Shown piece after piece: positions 51,833-62,296 of a DNA stretch of 64,000 nucleotides. The translations under genes were made by a program, and so were the position numbers. The DNA is from an uncultured Acidimicrobiia bacterium. GTDB lineage: Bacteria; Actinomycetota; Acidimicrobiia; Acidimicrobiales; JACDCH01. Numbering within the stretch: the first letter of the stretch is position 1; each line of letters opens with the position of its first letter. The stretch lies in contig CAWDIH010000001.1 in the NCBI GenBank assembly GCA_963802415.1, forward strand, positions 2,633,000 to 2,696,999, given 5' to 3'. The notes beneath the pieces were generated by a model. The model saw only the letters and a program-made list of their open reading frames with translations, searched no databases and was not told the DNA's origin.

Positions 51833-53281
51833 ATGGCTGATCCCGCCGGGTTCCTCAAGCACGGGCGGCGCACGCCGACGCGGCGGCCGGTGCCGGTGCG
51901 CATCCTCGACTGGCAGGAGGTCTACGAGGACTTCCCCGACACGGACCTGCGGGCGCAGGCGTCGCGATGCATGGACTGCGGCATCCCGTTCTGCAACAAC
52001 GGCTGCCCGCTCGGCAACCTCATTCCCGACTGGAACGACCTCGTCTGGCGTGACCACTGGCGCGACGCCATCGACCGCTTGCACGCCACGAACAACTTCC
52101 CCGAGTTCACCGGTCGGCTGTGCCCGGCGCCATGCGAAACGGCGTGCGTGCTCGGCATCAACCAGGACCCCGTGGCGATCAAGCAGGTCGAGGTGTCGAT
52201 CATCGATCACGCTTGGCAGGAAGGTTGGGTCGAGCCGGTGCTGCCGTCGGTCAAGACGGGCAAGCGCGTCGCTGTCGTCGGCTCGGGTCCCGCAGGACTC
52301 GCGGCCGCGCAGCAGTTGACCCGCGCCGGCCACGACGTCGTCGTGTACGAGCGCGCCGACCGCGTCGGCGGTCTACTGCGCTACGGCATTCCCGAGTTCA
52401 AGATGGAGAAGCGCCATCTGGACCGTCGCATCGTGCAGATGACGGCAGAGGGCACCGAGTTCCGCACGAACGCCAACATCGGCGGCAATGTGCCGGTCAG
52501 TGACCTCGACGAGTTCGACGGGGTCGTGCTCGCCGGCGGCGCGACCTTGTCGCGCGATCTGCCGATCCCGGGTCGGGAGCTGGCCGGCATCCACCAGGCG
52601 ATGGAGTACCTGCCGTGGTCCAACAAGGTGCAGGAAGGTGACCTCGCCGAGACACCGATCACCGCGGCCGGCAAGAACGTCGTCATCATCGGCGGCGGCG
52701 ACACCGGCGCCGACTGTCTCGGCACCGCAATCCGCCACGGTGCGGCGTCGATCCACCAGTTCGAGATCCTGCCCCGCCCACCCGACGAGCGACCGGATGC
52801 GAACCCGTGGCCGACGTGGCCGATGATGTTCCGCGTCTCGTCCGCACACGAAGAGGGATGCGAACGAGTCTTCTCCGTCAACACGGAATGCTTCCTCGGC
52901 GACGGCGACGGCAATGTCCGCGCCTTGCGAGCGCACGAAGTCGAGATGGTCGACGGCCGCTTCGAGAAGATCGAGGGGACGGACTTCGAGCTTCCGTGTG
53001 AGCTGGTCCTCTTGGCCATGGGCTTCGTCGGGCCGGAACGCACGGGCCTGCTGGATCAACTGGGTGTCGAGCTCAACGATCGGGGCAACGTCAGCCGCGA
53101 CGCGTCCTATGCGACGAATCTCGAGCGCGTCTTCGTGTGCGGCGACATGGGCCGCGGCCAGAGCCTCATCGTCTGGGCGATCGCCGAAGGGCGCTCGTGC
53201 GCTGCGGCCGTCGACCGGTGGCTCATGGGCGAGACGGCGCTGCCCGCGCCGATCGCGCCGGACGCCCGGCCGTTGACCTGA
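51833..53281 (+). CDS. gltD: glutamate synthase small subunit (NADPH)
   Basis: ATG 51833 preceded by GGGGGAGG. Fe-S Cys clusters CMDCGIPFCNNGCP and CPAPCETAC. GSGPAGLAAA dinucleotide fold. Confidence 0.95.
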   Translation: MADPAGFLKHGRRTPTRRPVPVRILDWQEVYEDFPDTDLRAQASRCMDCGIPFCNNGCPLGNLIPDWNDLVWRDHWRDAIDRLHATNNFPEFTGRLCPAPCETACVLGINQDPVAIKQVEVSIIDHAWQEGWVEPVLPSVKTGKRVAVVGSGPAGLAAAQQLTRAGHDVVVYERADRVGGLLRYGIPEFKMEKRHLDRRIVQMTAEGTEFRTNANIGGNVPVSDLDEFDGVVLAGGATLSRDLPIPGRELAGIHQAMEYLPWSNKVQEGDLAETPITAAGKNVVIIGGGDTGADCLGTAIRHGAASIHQFEILPRPPDERPDANPWPTWPMMFRVSSAHEEGCERVFSVNTECFLGDGDGNVRALRAHEVEMVDGRFEKIEGTDFELPCELVLLAMGFVGPERTGLLDQLGVELNDRGNVSRDASYATNLERVFVCGDMGRGQSLIVWAIAEGRSCAAAVDRWLMGETALPAPIAPDARPLT

Positions 53282-53333
53282 CCACCATCGCCACTCTGCG
53301 CGCGCACGTGCTGGAACGTGCAAGGCTGCGCCC

Positions 53334-53999
53334 GTGCGGAGGGTGTTGGTCGCGGCCGCAGTTCTGCTGCTCTGGGGAGCCGGGGCGTCGGCGATCGTGC
53401 GGAATCTGGGACCGCGAACGAACTCGAACGGGCCGCCTGTGGTGCTGTCGACAGACCGGCTGACGTCCGCCGCCGTCCGCATCGACGGACGTGGCGGGGG
53501 ACGGTTCGACATCGGGAGCGGCGTCGGCGTCGCTCCGGACGTGGTGCTCACGAACGCCCACCTGATCGATGATCCGGCAACCTTCGTCACCCAGCGTGAC
53601 GAGAGCGTGCTCTCGCCCCGCCGTGTCGCGCGGGCCCAGAACGGGCTCGATCTGGCTGTCGTCGTGACGAACGGCCCCGACGTGAGCACGGTCGCGCTCG
53701 CGCCGCAGGACCCGGAGGCCGGCGAGGAAGTGACGATGGTCGGCTATCCCTGGGGTGAGCGCACGATCACCGAGGCCCGCATCGAGGGGACGCTGGTTCG
53801 GGGCGAGTCCATGGTCCTGCGCTTCAGCCCCGAGCCGCATCCTGGGCAGTCGGGGAGCCCGCTCATCGACTCGCACGGACGGCTCGTCGGCATCGCCTTC
53901 GCACAGGACACCGTCGGCGGCCAGGGGCTCGCGATCCCGGTGTCCGACGTGCGCGCCGCCCTCGACGCCTGGCGCGCGGACGGCATCCCGGTGGGGTGA
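53334..53999 (+). CDS. secreted trypsin-like (S1C/HtrA-type core) serine protease
   Basis: Signal peptide MRRVLVAAAVLLLWGAGASA. Triad contexts TNAHL, LDLAVV and GQSGSP. Confidence 0.75.
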   Translation: MRRVLVAAAVLLLWGAGASAIVRNLGPRTNSNGPPVVLSTDRLTSAAVRIDGRGGGRFDIGSGVGVAPDVVLTNAHLIDDPATFVTQRDESVLSPRRVARAQNGLDLAVVVTNGPDVSTVALAPQDPEAGEEVTMVGYPWGERTITEARIEGTLVRGESMVLRFSPEPHPGQSGSPLIDSHGRLVGIAFAQDTVGGQGLAIPVSDVRAALDAWRADGIPVG

Positions 54000-54000
54000 G

Positions 54001-54864
54001 GTGGCCCGTTCGCCGGCCGCGTTGCCGGTCGTCATCGTGCACCGGAACCAGCCCGAACGGCTGCGCGAGACGGTTGCGGCGTTCCGGGCGCAGGACGTCC
54101 CGGTCATGATTGCCGTCGTCGACAACGCATCGACCGAACTGCCTCAGGTGGACGCGCCGGATGTCGTCGTGCTCGACGCCCGTCGCAACCTTGGGTTCGG
54201 GCCTGGCGCCAATCTCGGGTTCCGACATTTCCTCGAACGCGACGGCACGTGGGGCTGGATCGCTCTCGCGCCGCACGACGCGCTGCCGGAGCCGGGCTGC
54301 CTTCGCCGGATGCTCGACGCGCTCGCCAAGCGTCCTCGAGCCGGCCTCGCGTGCGCGGACGTCGGCGACGACGCCACACCGATCGTCGACCCGTACTTCG
54401 GCGGCATCCTCGCGCCCGCCACCGAGGCAGAAGGTTGGGAGGACGCGGGCCATCCACACGGGACGCTCATGCTCGCTCGGCGCGCATGCCTGGAGGACGT
54501 CGGACTGTTCGACGAGCGCTACTTCGCGTACTGCGAGGAGGCCGACCTCGCGCTGCGCGCCGCGGCAGGCGGATGGGAGTGCGGATTAGTGCGTGGAGCG
54601 ATGGTCCGCAACCCGTATGTCGGCTCCGCGTCGGCGGCGATCGACTACTTGCAGTTGCGCAACACGTTGTTGCTCGTGCGCGAGCACTCGGGCCGGTACC
54701 ACGCCTTCATCCGCTACGTGATCGCGTTGTGGCACCTCGCGTCAGGCGCGGTGTTCCCGTCCCGTCGCGGCCCCTACTGGAACGCGCGTGGCCGGGTCGC
54801 CGCGCTGGCCGATTTCGCCCGTGGACGTTTCGGTCCGCCGCCGCGGCGGCTCATGTCCACCTGA
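54001..54864 (+). CDS. family 2 glycosyltransferase
   Basis: GTG 54001 directly after the protease stop. VVIVHRNQPERL...AVVDNAST...GFGPGANLG...YCEEADLALR, a GT2 (rhamnosyltransferase-like) pattern. Confidence 0.7.
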   Translation: MARSPAALPVVIVHRNQPERLRETVAAFRAQDVPVMIAVVDNASTELPQVDAPDVVVLDARRNLGFGPGANLGFRHFLERDGTWGWIALAPHDALPEPGCLRRMLDALAKRPRAGLACADVGDDATPIVDPYFGGILAPATEAEGWEDAGHPHGTLMLARRACLEDVGLFDERYFAYCEEADLALRAAAGGWECGLVRGAMVRNPYVGSASAAIDYLQLRNTLLLVREHSGRYHAFIRYVIALWHLASGAVFPSRRGPYWNARGRVAALADFARGRFGPPPRRLMST

Positions 54865-54878
54865 CCGTCACCTGACCC

Positions 54879-55157
54879 TCACGTGATGTCGATGTCGCCT
54901 TCTTCTGCGGCGGCAATTCGTGGCCGGACGCTGACGAGGTAGTAACCGGAGATCAGCAGGCCACCGACGAGGGTGAGGATCCCGAAGAGGATTGCTGTTA
55001 TCCAGACGACCCGCCGGCGTCCTGCCAGAGCCCACGCCCATTCCGGCCGGTGCGCGGCGTCGAGCAGCGCCCACAGCGACAGCCCGAGCGGGACGCAGGC
55101 GAACGTCGCGGTGACGATGGCCCACGCCCAGTCGCCGGGCCCGTAACGAGCGAGCAC
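54879..55157 (-). CDS. small membrane protein, PLD-nuclease N-terminal (PLDc_N)-like
   Basis: C-terminal 92 codons of ORF 54879..55982. Two TM helices with LWALLDAAHRPEWAW...VWITAILFGILTLVGGLLISGYYL. A GTG start is assumed, and the rest of that ORF is antisense to an SDR gene. Confidence 0.45.
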   Translation of the reverse strand: MLARYGPGDWAWAIVTATFACVPLGLSLWALLDAAHRPEWAWALAGRRRVVWITAILFGILTLVGGLLISGYYLVSVRPRIAAAEEGDIDIT

Positions 55158-55181
55158 CGGGCGAGGGTACTGTCCGCCGCC

Positions 55182-55965
55182 GTGACTCCTCGTCTGTCGA
55201 CCCGCAGCCGTTCCGTCGAAGGTCGGGTCGTCATCGTGACCGGCGCGGCGAGTGGCATGGGACGTGCGACCGCACACCTCTTCGGTGACGAAGGCGCGTC
55301 GGTCGCATGTACGGACGTCACGCTCGAAGGCGCAGCCGAGGTGGCCGACGAGATCGTGGGCGCAGGCGGCAAGGCGGCGGCGTGGGCGCTCGACGTGCGC
55401 GACGACGCGCAGGTTCGCGCTGTGGTCGCTGACATCGTGGAACGGCTCGGGCCGATCGACATCCTCGTCAACAACGCGGGCATCTCGATCCCCGCGCCGA
55501 TCGACATGGACGACTTCGACGTTGCATGGGACGCGACGTTCGCGGTCAACCTGCACGGGCACACGCGGCATGGTGCGCGCCTGCCTGCCGCATCTCATGC
55601 GTAACGGCGAAGGACGCGTTGTCAACATCGCGTCGACCGAAGGGGTCGGCGCCACCGGATGGACCTCGCCGTACACCGCCTCGAAGCACGGTGTGATCGG
55701 CCTCACCAGGTCGCTCGCCGTCGAACTCGGTTCTCGCGGTGTCAACGTCAACTGCGTCTGCCCCGGTCCGATCCATACCGGCATGACCCAGGCCATCCCC
55801 GACGACGCCAAGACGAAGTTTGCGCGGCGCCGGGTGCCGCTCCGTCGGTACGGCGAGCCCGAGGAGGTGGCGCACGCGACGTTGTCACTTTCGCTGCCCG
55901 CAAGCTCGTACATCAACGGCGCCGTCCTCGTCGTCGACGGTGGGATGACGGCGAAGAACACGTAG
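55182..55965 (+). pseudogene. SDR-family oxidoreductase, one frameshift near 55565
   Basis: TGAASGMGRA and NNAG are in ORF 55050..55604. YTASKHG and the C-terminus are in ORF 55252..55965. Confidence 0.75.
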
Positions 55966-55975
55966 CGTTCCTGCA

Positions 55976-56695
55976 ATGCCACTGGCGGATGAGGACATCG
56001 AGCGCATCCTCGTCGTCACCGCCCACCCCGACGACGTCGACTTCGGTGTCGCGGGCTCGGTGGCGGTGTGGACCGACAAGGGGATAGAGGTGTCGTACTG
56101 CGTCGTCACCGACGGCGACGCGGGAGGGTTCGATCCGGCCGTGCCCCGGAGCGACATCGCGGGGATCCGTCGCGCGGAACAGACAGCGGCCGGCGAGCAG
56201 GTCGGTGTCACCGACCTCACGTTCCTCGGTCATCCCGACGGACGCCTGTACCCGACCATCGAGCTACGGCGCGACATCAGCCGCGTGATCCGGCGGGTGC
56301 GTCCGCAGCGCGTCGTGACGCAGTCGCCCGAACGCAACTTCAAGCGCATCTACGCCAGCCATCCGGACCACATGGCTGCGGGCGAAGCAGCGTTGTGCGC
56401 GGTGTATCCAGACGCCCGGAACCCGTTCGCGCATCCGGAGCTGCTCGAGGAGGGGTACGAGGCGTGGACCGTGCCGGAAGTGTGGATCATGTCGTTCGCG
56501 TCCGATGACGCGTTCACCGACATCACGTCGGCCATCGACCGCAAGGTCAAGGCCTTGCTCTGTCACGTCAGTCAGATGACCAACCCCGACGCGATGGACC
56601 AGCTGATCCGGGGTTGGGGATCGGCCGTCGCCGTCGCGGCGGGGCTTCCCGCAGACCACTACGCCGAGTCGTTCCAAGTGGTCCCCACCCCCTGA
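55976..56695 (+). CDS. PIG-L/LmbE-family deacetylase (MshB-like)
   Basis: ILVVTAHPDDVDFG zinc-site motif and HPDH. 239 aa. Confidence 0.8.
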   Translation: MPLADEDIERILVVTAHPDDVDFGVAGSVAVWTDKGIEVSYCVVTDGDAGGFDPAVPRSDIAGIRRAEQTAAGEQVGVTDLTFLGHPDGRLYPTIELRRDISRVIRRVRPQRVVTQSPERNFKRIYASHPDHMAAGEAALCAVYPDARNPFAHPELLEEGYEAWTVPEVWIMSFASDDAFTDITSAIDRKVKALLCHVSQMTNPDAMDQLIRGWGSAVAVAAGLPADHYAESFQVVPTP

Positions 56696-56709
56696 CCGTC
56701 TCCGACCTG

Positions 56710-56761
56710 CGAACTCCGGGGAGAAACGGGCGCCATAGCGCCCGTTTCCATCCAACATTCG
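56710..56761 (-). repeat. 52-nt hairpin repeat, copy C (sense on minus strand)
   Basis: Reverse complement reads CGAATGTTGGATGGAAACGGGCGCTATGGCGCCCGTTTCTCCCCGGAGTTCG. Starts 10 nt after the lipase stop, in the convergent spacer with the PIG-L gene. Confidence 0.85.
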
Positions 56762-56771
56762 TTGAACGCGG

Positions 56772-58001
56772 CTACGAGCAGGTCTGGGCCTCGACGATCG
56801 GTTGGCCGGTGGGCGGGGTCGGATCGGGGGCGGGTTCGCCGGCGAAGCGGTCGTTGATCCAATGGAGCATGTCGGGAAACGACGGAGCGATGACGCCGGC
56901 GTGCGACTGGCCGGGGTAGATCCATCGCTGCTCGACCTGGTGGATCTTGCAGAGCTGATCGAACATGAGCGCCGTCGCCGCGACGGGAATCTGCTCGTCG
57001 TTGCCGCCCTGGATGACCAGAAGTGGCTGCTTCGCCGCGACGGGGAATCTGCCCGGATCGTTGTCGTCGAGAAGCTTCGCCCACTCGGGAACGGTGTCCG
57101 GGTCGGCCTTCACGAGGTCGTCGGTCTTCAGGTTGGCGGTTGCCTTCGAGATCGCATCGGTGCACCCGTCGTCAACGGTGGGAATGGCGGCCAGGCCTGC
57201 GGGCGTCAACACCTTGTCGAGCGGCGCGGCTTGGTCACCGAAGCCAGCGTTGAACCCGGCCGCCGCCATCAGCAGGTAGTACCGGAACGGGCTCGCCTTC
57301 AGTGCCTGGTACACAAGTGACAGTTGCGAAGGCGGCGCGCCGGCCACGACGCCGACGAGATGCAGTTCCGGCGCCCACTCGTCCGCGAGATGCAGTGAGA
57401 ACATCGCGGCGTGCCCGCCTTGTGAGTGTCCCCACACCAGATAGCGATCGCTGGCGTGGACGTCGGGCAGCGCTCGGGCCGCTCGGACGATGTCGAGGGT
57501 GCCCCGTGCTTCGCTCGTTCCGGCGATGTACGGATGACGTCCGGGCGTGCCGAGCCCTTCGTAGTCGGTGGCGACGACGACGTACCCGGCGTCGAGCAGT
57601 CCGTTCGCGATCTGCACGTACTGATCCGGTTTCAAGGATGGCGCGCACGTGTCGGCGATGCCCGTGGTGCCGTGCGCCCAAGAGACGACCGGATAGCCGC
57701 CGTCCGGCGGCGGCGTGTTCGGGACCGCGATGAGGCCCGTGACCGGTATGTCCTTCCCCTGGATCGACTGCGAGTGGTACATCACCCGCTGCATCGTCCC
57801 GTGCAGCGCCGGCACCGACACGGGCTCGGTCTTGATGACGTCGCCGGGCTTCCCTTGCGGAAGTGGATCAGGGATGCCGTAGAAGGCGGGTAGGCCGGGA
57901 GGCGGCGGAGCGGTCTTCGTCGCGGCGGGCTCCGTGTCGTTGGACGAGCACGCCGCCAACACCATGACGATCGCGATCGCGTTCAGTATGCGCCAGTTCA
58001 C
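56772..58001 (-). CDS. secreted lipase/esterase lipoprotein (alpha/beta hydrolase, LIP family-like)
   Basis: Lipobox VLAACSS and nucleophile elbow GHSQGG. 409 aa. Confidence 0.75.
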   Translation of the reverse strand: MNWRILNAIAIVMVLAACSSNDTEPAATKTAPPPPGLPAFYGIPDPLPQGKPGDVIKTEPVSVPALHGTMQRVMYHSQSIQGKDIPVTGLIAVPNTPPPDGGYPVVSWAHGTTGIADTCAPSLKPDQYVQIANGLLDAGYVVVATDYEGLGTPGRHPYIAGTSEARGTLDIVRAARALPDVHASDRYLVWGHSQGGHAAMFSLHLADEWAPELHLVGVVAGAPPSQLSLVYQALKASPFRYYLLMAAAGFNAGFGDQAAPLDKVLTPAGLAAIPTVDDGCTDAISKATANLKTDDLVKADPDTVPEWAKLLDDNDPGRFPVAAKQPLLVIQGGNDEQIPVAATALMFDQLCKIHQVEQRWIYPGQSHAGVIAPSFPDMLHWINDRFAGEPAPDPTPPTGQPIVEAQTCS

Positions 58002-58817
58002 TCAACGCAACATACGCAACAGAGCGTCGGGAATGGCGTCTTCGCCGCGCCGCAGCATCGCGGCGCGCTCGACGTTGACGGCGTCGTGCTGACGCGCGGT
58101 CCAGGTGTCCCACGGTCCCGAACCGATGCGCGCGACGTCGCCATCGGCGTCGACGCAGGCGCGTAGGTAGCGCTGCAGCTCTCGCACCTCCTCCTCGCCG
58201 CCGATCGGACCGTGCCCCGGTACGACGATCGGTGCGAGCTCGAGCAGGTCGTCGAGCGAGTCGGCCCATGCGGCGGGATCACCCTGGTGCGCGAGCGGGG
58301 TCACGCCGAAGCTGCACATCGCCCCGGCGAGGACGATGCCGGCGCCCGGAACGGTGACGACGAGGTTCTCGGCCTGCTGTCCTGTCATCGGCACCGCAAC
58401 GGCGGCGGGAGTCAGTTGCACGGGCGCGTCGATCACGTGACTGACGGGTCGAGTTCGGAACTCGTCGTCGATCTCGCCACTGACATCGGGATAGAGACGA
58501 CGGAGCACGTCCGGGTCCGCCGGCTGGTCGAGATGCGCGCTCGTCTGCGATCGCCCGTAGACGGCGGCGAAGCGGAAGCGGGTCGTGCCCCCGGAGTACT
58601 CGGCGTTGCTCGAGGTCAACACCACCCGCCTCACGGGGAAGCCGAGCGCGTCGACCGCGTCGCCGAACGGCCCCCATTGTGAAGGGCCGAGCAGCGTGTC
58701 GATCACGGTGACGCCGTCTTCGTCAACGACCACGGCGGCGTTGGCGCGTCCGGGTCCACTCGGAAGCTGCAGCCACGCGTAGACACCGGGAACGAGGGGG
58801 TCGAGCACTTCTGTCAA
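58002..58817 (-). CDS. MBL-fold protein with degenerate metal-binding motif
   Basis: The beta-lactamase-fold pattern VVDEDGVTVIDT...VVLTSSNAEYSGG aligns with the consensus THxHxDHxGG, but H, H, D and H are replaced. A later PGHGP is retained. A TTG 58817 start is assumed. Confidence 0.55.
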   Translation of the reverse strand: MTEVLDPLVPGVYAWLQLPSGPGRANAAVVVDEDGVTVIDTLLGPSQWGPFGDAVDALGFPVRRVVLTSSNAEYSGGTTRFRFAAVYGRSQTSAHLDQPADPDVLRRLYPDVSGEIDDEFRTRPVSHVIDAPVQLTPAAVAVPMTGQQAENLVVTVPGAGIVLAGAMCSFGVTPLAHQGDPAAWADSLDDLLELAPIVVPGHGPIGGEEEVRELQRYLRACVDADGDVARIGSGPWDTWTARQHDAVNVERAAMLRRGEDAIPDALLRMLR

Positions 58818-59800
58818 CTTACGAGGGACGCGAACCAGTCGCGCACGTCGACGGCCGGGACGAGAGCGAGAGCGACCGCGAGTGCGAGACGCGCCTTGCG
58901 CGCGCTCAGATCGCCGCCTTCGATGACGTCGAGCGAAGCGATCGAGTGACCACCGCCGGGGCCGCCGTAGATCGGCGCGACGCTTCCGGTCATGCAACGG
59001 CTGGTGATCACGACAGGGACGTTCCGGTCTCGCGCGTGCTCGAGGCCGGGTGCAAGGGCAGCGTTGACATTGCCGGCGCCGGTGCCCTCGACGACGACAC
59101 CGCGCACGCCACGGTCGAGATGCCAGTCGATCAACTCCGCGTCGGCGTCGCCGTACGAGGGAACGATGGCGATCGGACCGATCACGACATGCTGCCCGCC
59201 ATCGATCGGCGCAGCCGGAGCTCGTGCGGGCCCGGTGTCGAAGTGGACGGCGCCGGCATCGACGCGACCGACGGGTCCGTGGCCTGGCGATCGGAACGTG
59301 TCGACCGCCTGCGTGTCGGTCTTGGTGACCCACCGCGCTGCATGTACGTCTCCGGCCGCGACGACCAGCACGCCACGCCCCCGCGCCTCGGAGGATCGCG
59401 CGACGGCGAAGGCGTCGCGGAGGTTCTGGGGTCCGTCGCCATGGGGTTGACCGGCGTTGCGCATCGAGCCGGTGACCACGATCGGCGCGCGATCGGTCGC
59501 TTCTCCCGCAACCAGATCGGTGAGGTATGCCGTCTCTTCGAGGCTGTCGGTGCCATGCGTGATCACGACGCCCGTGCCCGTTGATGCGGCCTTGCGCGCG
59601 GCAAGCGAGACCGTGCTCATTTCGTCGAGATCGAGGTTCCAGCTCGGTCCCTGGAACAGGTCCTGGACGTCGACGCTCTCGACGTCGAGCCCGTCCACCG
59701 AGTCGAGCAGCTCCCGTCCGTCGAGCGCGACCGCGACACCGCCGTCGGGCTGCACAGTGCTCGCAATCGTGCCGCCTGTTGCGATCAGGAGCACCGCCAC
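58814..59800 (-). CDS. L-asparaginase (type I/II family)
   Basis: GTG 59800. IATGGTIAS nucleophile motif, ITHGTDSLEETA, and the VVEGTGAGN C-domain. Confidence 0.85.
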   Translation of the reverse strand: MAVLLIATGGTIASTVQPDGGVAVALDGRELLDSVDGLDVESVDVQDLFQGPSWNLDLDEMSTVSLAARKAASTGTGVVITHGTDSLEETAYLTDLVAGEATDRAPIVVTGSMRNAGQPHGDGPQNLRDAFAVARSSEARGRGVLVVAAGDVHAARWVTKTDTQAVDTFRSPGHGPVGRVDAGAVHFDTGPARAPAAPIDGGQHVVIGPIAIVPSYGDADAELIDWHLDRGVRGVVVEGTGAGNVNAALAPGLEHARDRNVPVVITSRCMTGSVAPIYGGPGGGHSIASLDVIEGGDLSARKARLALAVALALVPAVDVRDWFASLVS

Positions 59801-59801
59801 G

Positions 59802-60623
59802 TCACAGACCGAGTGCGATGCGTGTGACGCGGTCCTTGAGCGCGGTGGGCGTGAACCGGTCCATGGCGACGAGCGCGCGAGCGTCCATCCCGACGAGATA
59901 GCGGGGCCGTGGATGGCGAGTCGAGACGGCGGTAGCGATGACACGAGCGCACTTCTGCGGCTCACCCATGAGCGGAGACGTCAGCTTCAAGCCCTGCTGG
60001 CTGCGCCGGTACGCCGACCCGAAGCGAGAGTCGCCGCGCTGTTCGATGTCGCGCTCCAGGTCCTCCCAGATGCTCGTTCGGAAGCCGCCGGGTTCGACGA
60101 GCGCGACGTGGATCCCGTCGCGAGCGACCTCGACCCGTAGCGCGTCGGACACGGCTTCGAGTGCATGTTTCGCGCCCTGGTACCAGCCGCCGAGCGGCGT
60201 CGTCACGAGCCCCATGATCGACGAGACGTTGACGATGCGGCCTCGGCCGGCCTTGCGCATACCGGGCAGCGCCAGGCGAGCGAGGCGCATCGGCGCGATG
60301 ACCATCGTCTCGATCAGGTTGCGGGCTTCCTCGTCTGTGACGTCCTCGATGGCACCTGTTATGCCGTAACCGGCGTTGTTGACCAGGCCGTACAGATCGG
60401 TGCGGATGTCGTCGAGCACGGCGTCACAGGAGTCCGCATCGGTGACGTCGAGCAACACGGTCTCGACCTTCACGCCCGCGGCTTTCGCGGCGCGCTTCAC
60501 CTTGGCCGCCTTGTCCTCGGAACGCACCGATCCGATCGACCGGTAACCGGCTCGGGCGAGCTCGACGACGGTCGCGAGCCCGATGCCGGAGTTGGCGCCG
60601 GTGGTCAGAACAGCATCGGTCAT
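59802..60623 (-). CDS. SDR-family oxidoreductase
   Basis: [21 protein letters not shown]. 273 aa. Confidence 0.85.
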   Translation of the reverse strand: MTDAVLTTGANSGIGLATVVELARAGYRSIGSVRSEDKAAKVKRAAKAAGVKVETVLLDVTDADSCDAVLDDIRTDLYGLVNNAGYGITGAIEDVTDEEARNLIETMVIAPMRLARLALPGMRKAGRGRIVNVSSIMGLVTTPLGGWYQGAKHALEAVSDALRVEVARDGIHVALVEPGGFRTSIWEDLERDIEQRGDSRFGSAYRRSQQGLKLTSPLMGEPQKCARVIATAVSTRHPRPRYLVGMDARALVAMDRFTPTALKDRVTRIALGL

Positions 60624-61375
60624 GGGCGACCCTCGGCGGCCACGATCGCGGCGCCGACGATGCCGGCTTCGTTGCGGAGCATCGCGGCCACGACTTCGGG
60701 TCGCACCTGCAGATGCGGGAGCAATACGTCCGCCTTCCTGCTCGCACCACCACCGATGATGACGAGGTCGGGCCAGATGAGGGCGTCAAGGCGACGGAGG
60801 TACGTCTCCACGCGCTCGGCGTACTTCTTCCAACTGAGCCCTTTTCTTTCGCGCACGACCTCGGCCGCCATGGTCTCGGCGTCCTTGCCGTTGATCTCGA
60901 TGTGACCGAGTTCCGTGTTTGGCACGAGCACGCCGTCGTTGAACATGCCGCAACCAATTCCCGTCCCGAGCGTGATCATGACCACGACGCCCTTACGGTC
61001 CTTGCCCGCCCCGAAGCGCATCTCGGCGACCCCTGCGGCGTCGGCATCGTTGAGCATCAGTACCGGCATGTCGAGTCGTTCGGTGAGCAACGCATCCGCG
61101 TCCGTGCCGATCCACTCCTTGTCGACGTTGGCGGCCGTCATCGTGATGCCGTCCTTCACGACGCCTGGGAAGGTCGTGCCCACTGGACCGTTCCAGTCGA
61201 AGTGGTTGACCACGTCGGCTACGACGTCCGCCACGGCCTTCGGCGTCGCCGGCTTCGGCGTCAAAATCCGAACGCGGTCAGCCGTCAGCTTTCCTTGCTT
61301 CACGTCGACCGGCGCACCCTTGATGCCGGTGCCGCCGATGTCGACACCCATCACGATCTGCGCGCTCACCTTGCT
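60620..61375 (-). CDS. ppgK: ROK-family polyphosphate/ATP glucokinase
   Basis: [15 protein letters not shown]-binding motif, NDADAAG, TLGTGIG and ELGH blocks. GTG 61375 has GGAGG upstream; ATG 61351 is an alternative start. Confidence 0.8.
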   Translation of the reverse strand, partial: SKVSAQIVMGVDIGGTGIKGAPVDVKQGKLTADRVRILTPKPATPKAVADVVADVVNHFDWNGPVGTTFPGVVKDGITMTAANVDKEWIGTDADALLTERLDMPVLMLNDADAAGVAEMRFGAGKDRKGVVVMITLGTGIGCGMFNDGVLVPNTELGHIEINGKDAETMAAEVVRERKGLSWKKYAERVETYLRRLDALIWPDLVIIGGGASRKADVLLPHLQVRPEVVAAMLRNEAGIVGAAIVAAEGRP

Positions 61376-61428
61376 CACCGTTACACGACCTCCGCTTCGG
61401 GGCGGAGCCAACGGTACTGTGCTCGGCC

Positions 61429-62286
61429 GTGGCGAATTCCGAGGTCGTGCTCGACGGACTGGCATTCGGCGAAGGACCGCGCTGGCATGACGGCCGACTC
61501 TGGTTCTCGGACATGCACGCGCATGTCGTACACGCCTTCGACCCTTCGACCGGTGAGCTCGATTCCATCGTCGATGTGGACGGCGCGCCGTCGGGCCTCG
61601 GTTGGGATCCGGATGGCGCGCTGCTGATCGTGTCGATGGACGATCGACGACTCCTGCATCTCGACGCCGCGGGCTCGCTGGACGAGGTTGCTGACCTTTC
61701 GCGGTACACCGCCCATCCGATCAACGACATGGTCGTGAGCGCGTCGGGCACCGCGTACATCGGCTCGTTCGGTTTCGACCTGCACGCCGGCGAGGAACCC
61801 GTGAACACGGTCATCCTCGCAGTCGACGCTGACGGATCGCATCGCGTCGCGGTTGACGACATGGCATTCCCGAACGGGATGGTGATCACGCCCGACGAGG
61901 CGACGCTCGTCGTCGGCGAGTCGTTCGGCGGCCGGCTGACCGCGTTCACCCTCGGCGCCGAGGGCTCACTGGGCGACCGGCGAGTGTGGGCCGACCTCGG
62001 CGGCGGTGGACGATTCCCCGACGGCATCTGCGGGGACGCCGAGAACTGCATTTGGGTCGCATCGCCGGGTACACGCGAATGCCTGCGCGTGCGCGAGGGC
62101 GGCGAGATCGTGGACACGGTGTCGACCGGCGACCGACTGGCGATCGCGTGCATGCTCGCCGACGACGACCGTCGCACGCTGTACATCCTCACGAGCGGGG
62201 GACTCGATCCCGAAAAGGCACGCGAGCTTCGGACCGGCCGGCTCGAGCGCGCCCGCGTCGACGTCCCCGGCGCTGGACGACCCTAA
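61429..62286 (+). CDS. SMP-30/gluconolactonase/LRE-family protein
   Basis: [21 protein letters not shown] and PNGMVITPD beta-propeller repeats. Confidence 0.8.
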   Translation: MANSEVVLDGLAFGEGPRWHDGRLWFSDMHAHVVHAFDPSTGELDSIVDVDGAPSGLGWDPDGALLIVSMDDRRLLHLDAAGSLDEVADLSRYTAHPINDMVVSASGTAYIGSFGFDLHAGEEPVNTVILAVDADGSHRVAVDDMAFPNGMVITPDEATLVVGESFGGRLTAFTLGAEGSLGDRRVWADLGGGGRFPDGICGDAENCIWVASPGTRECLRVREGGEIVDTVSTGDRLAIACMLADDDRRTLYILTSGGLDPEKARELRTGRLERARVDVPGAGRP

Positions 62287-62296
62287 TGTCGCGCCG

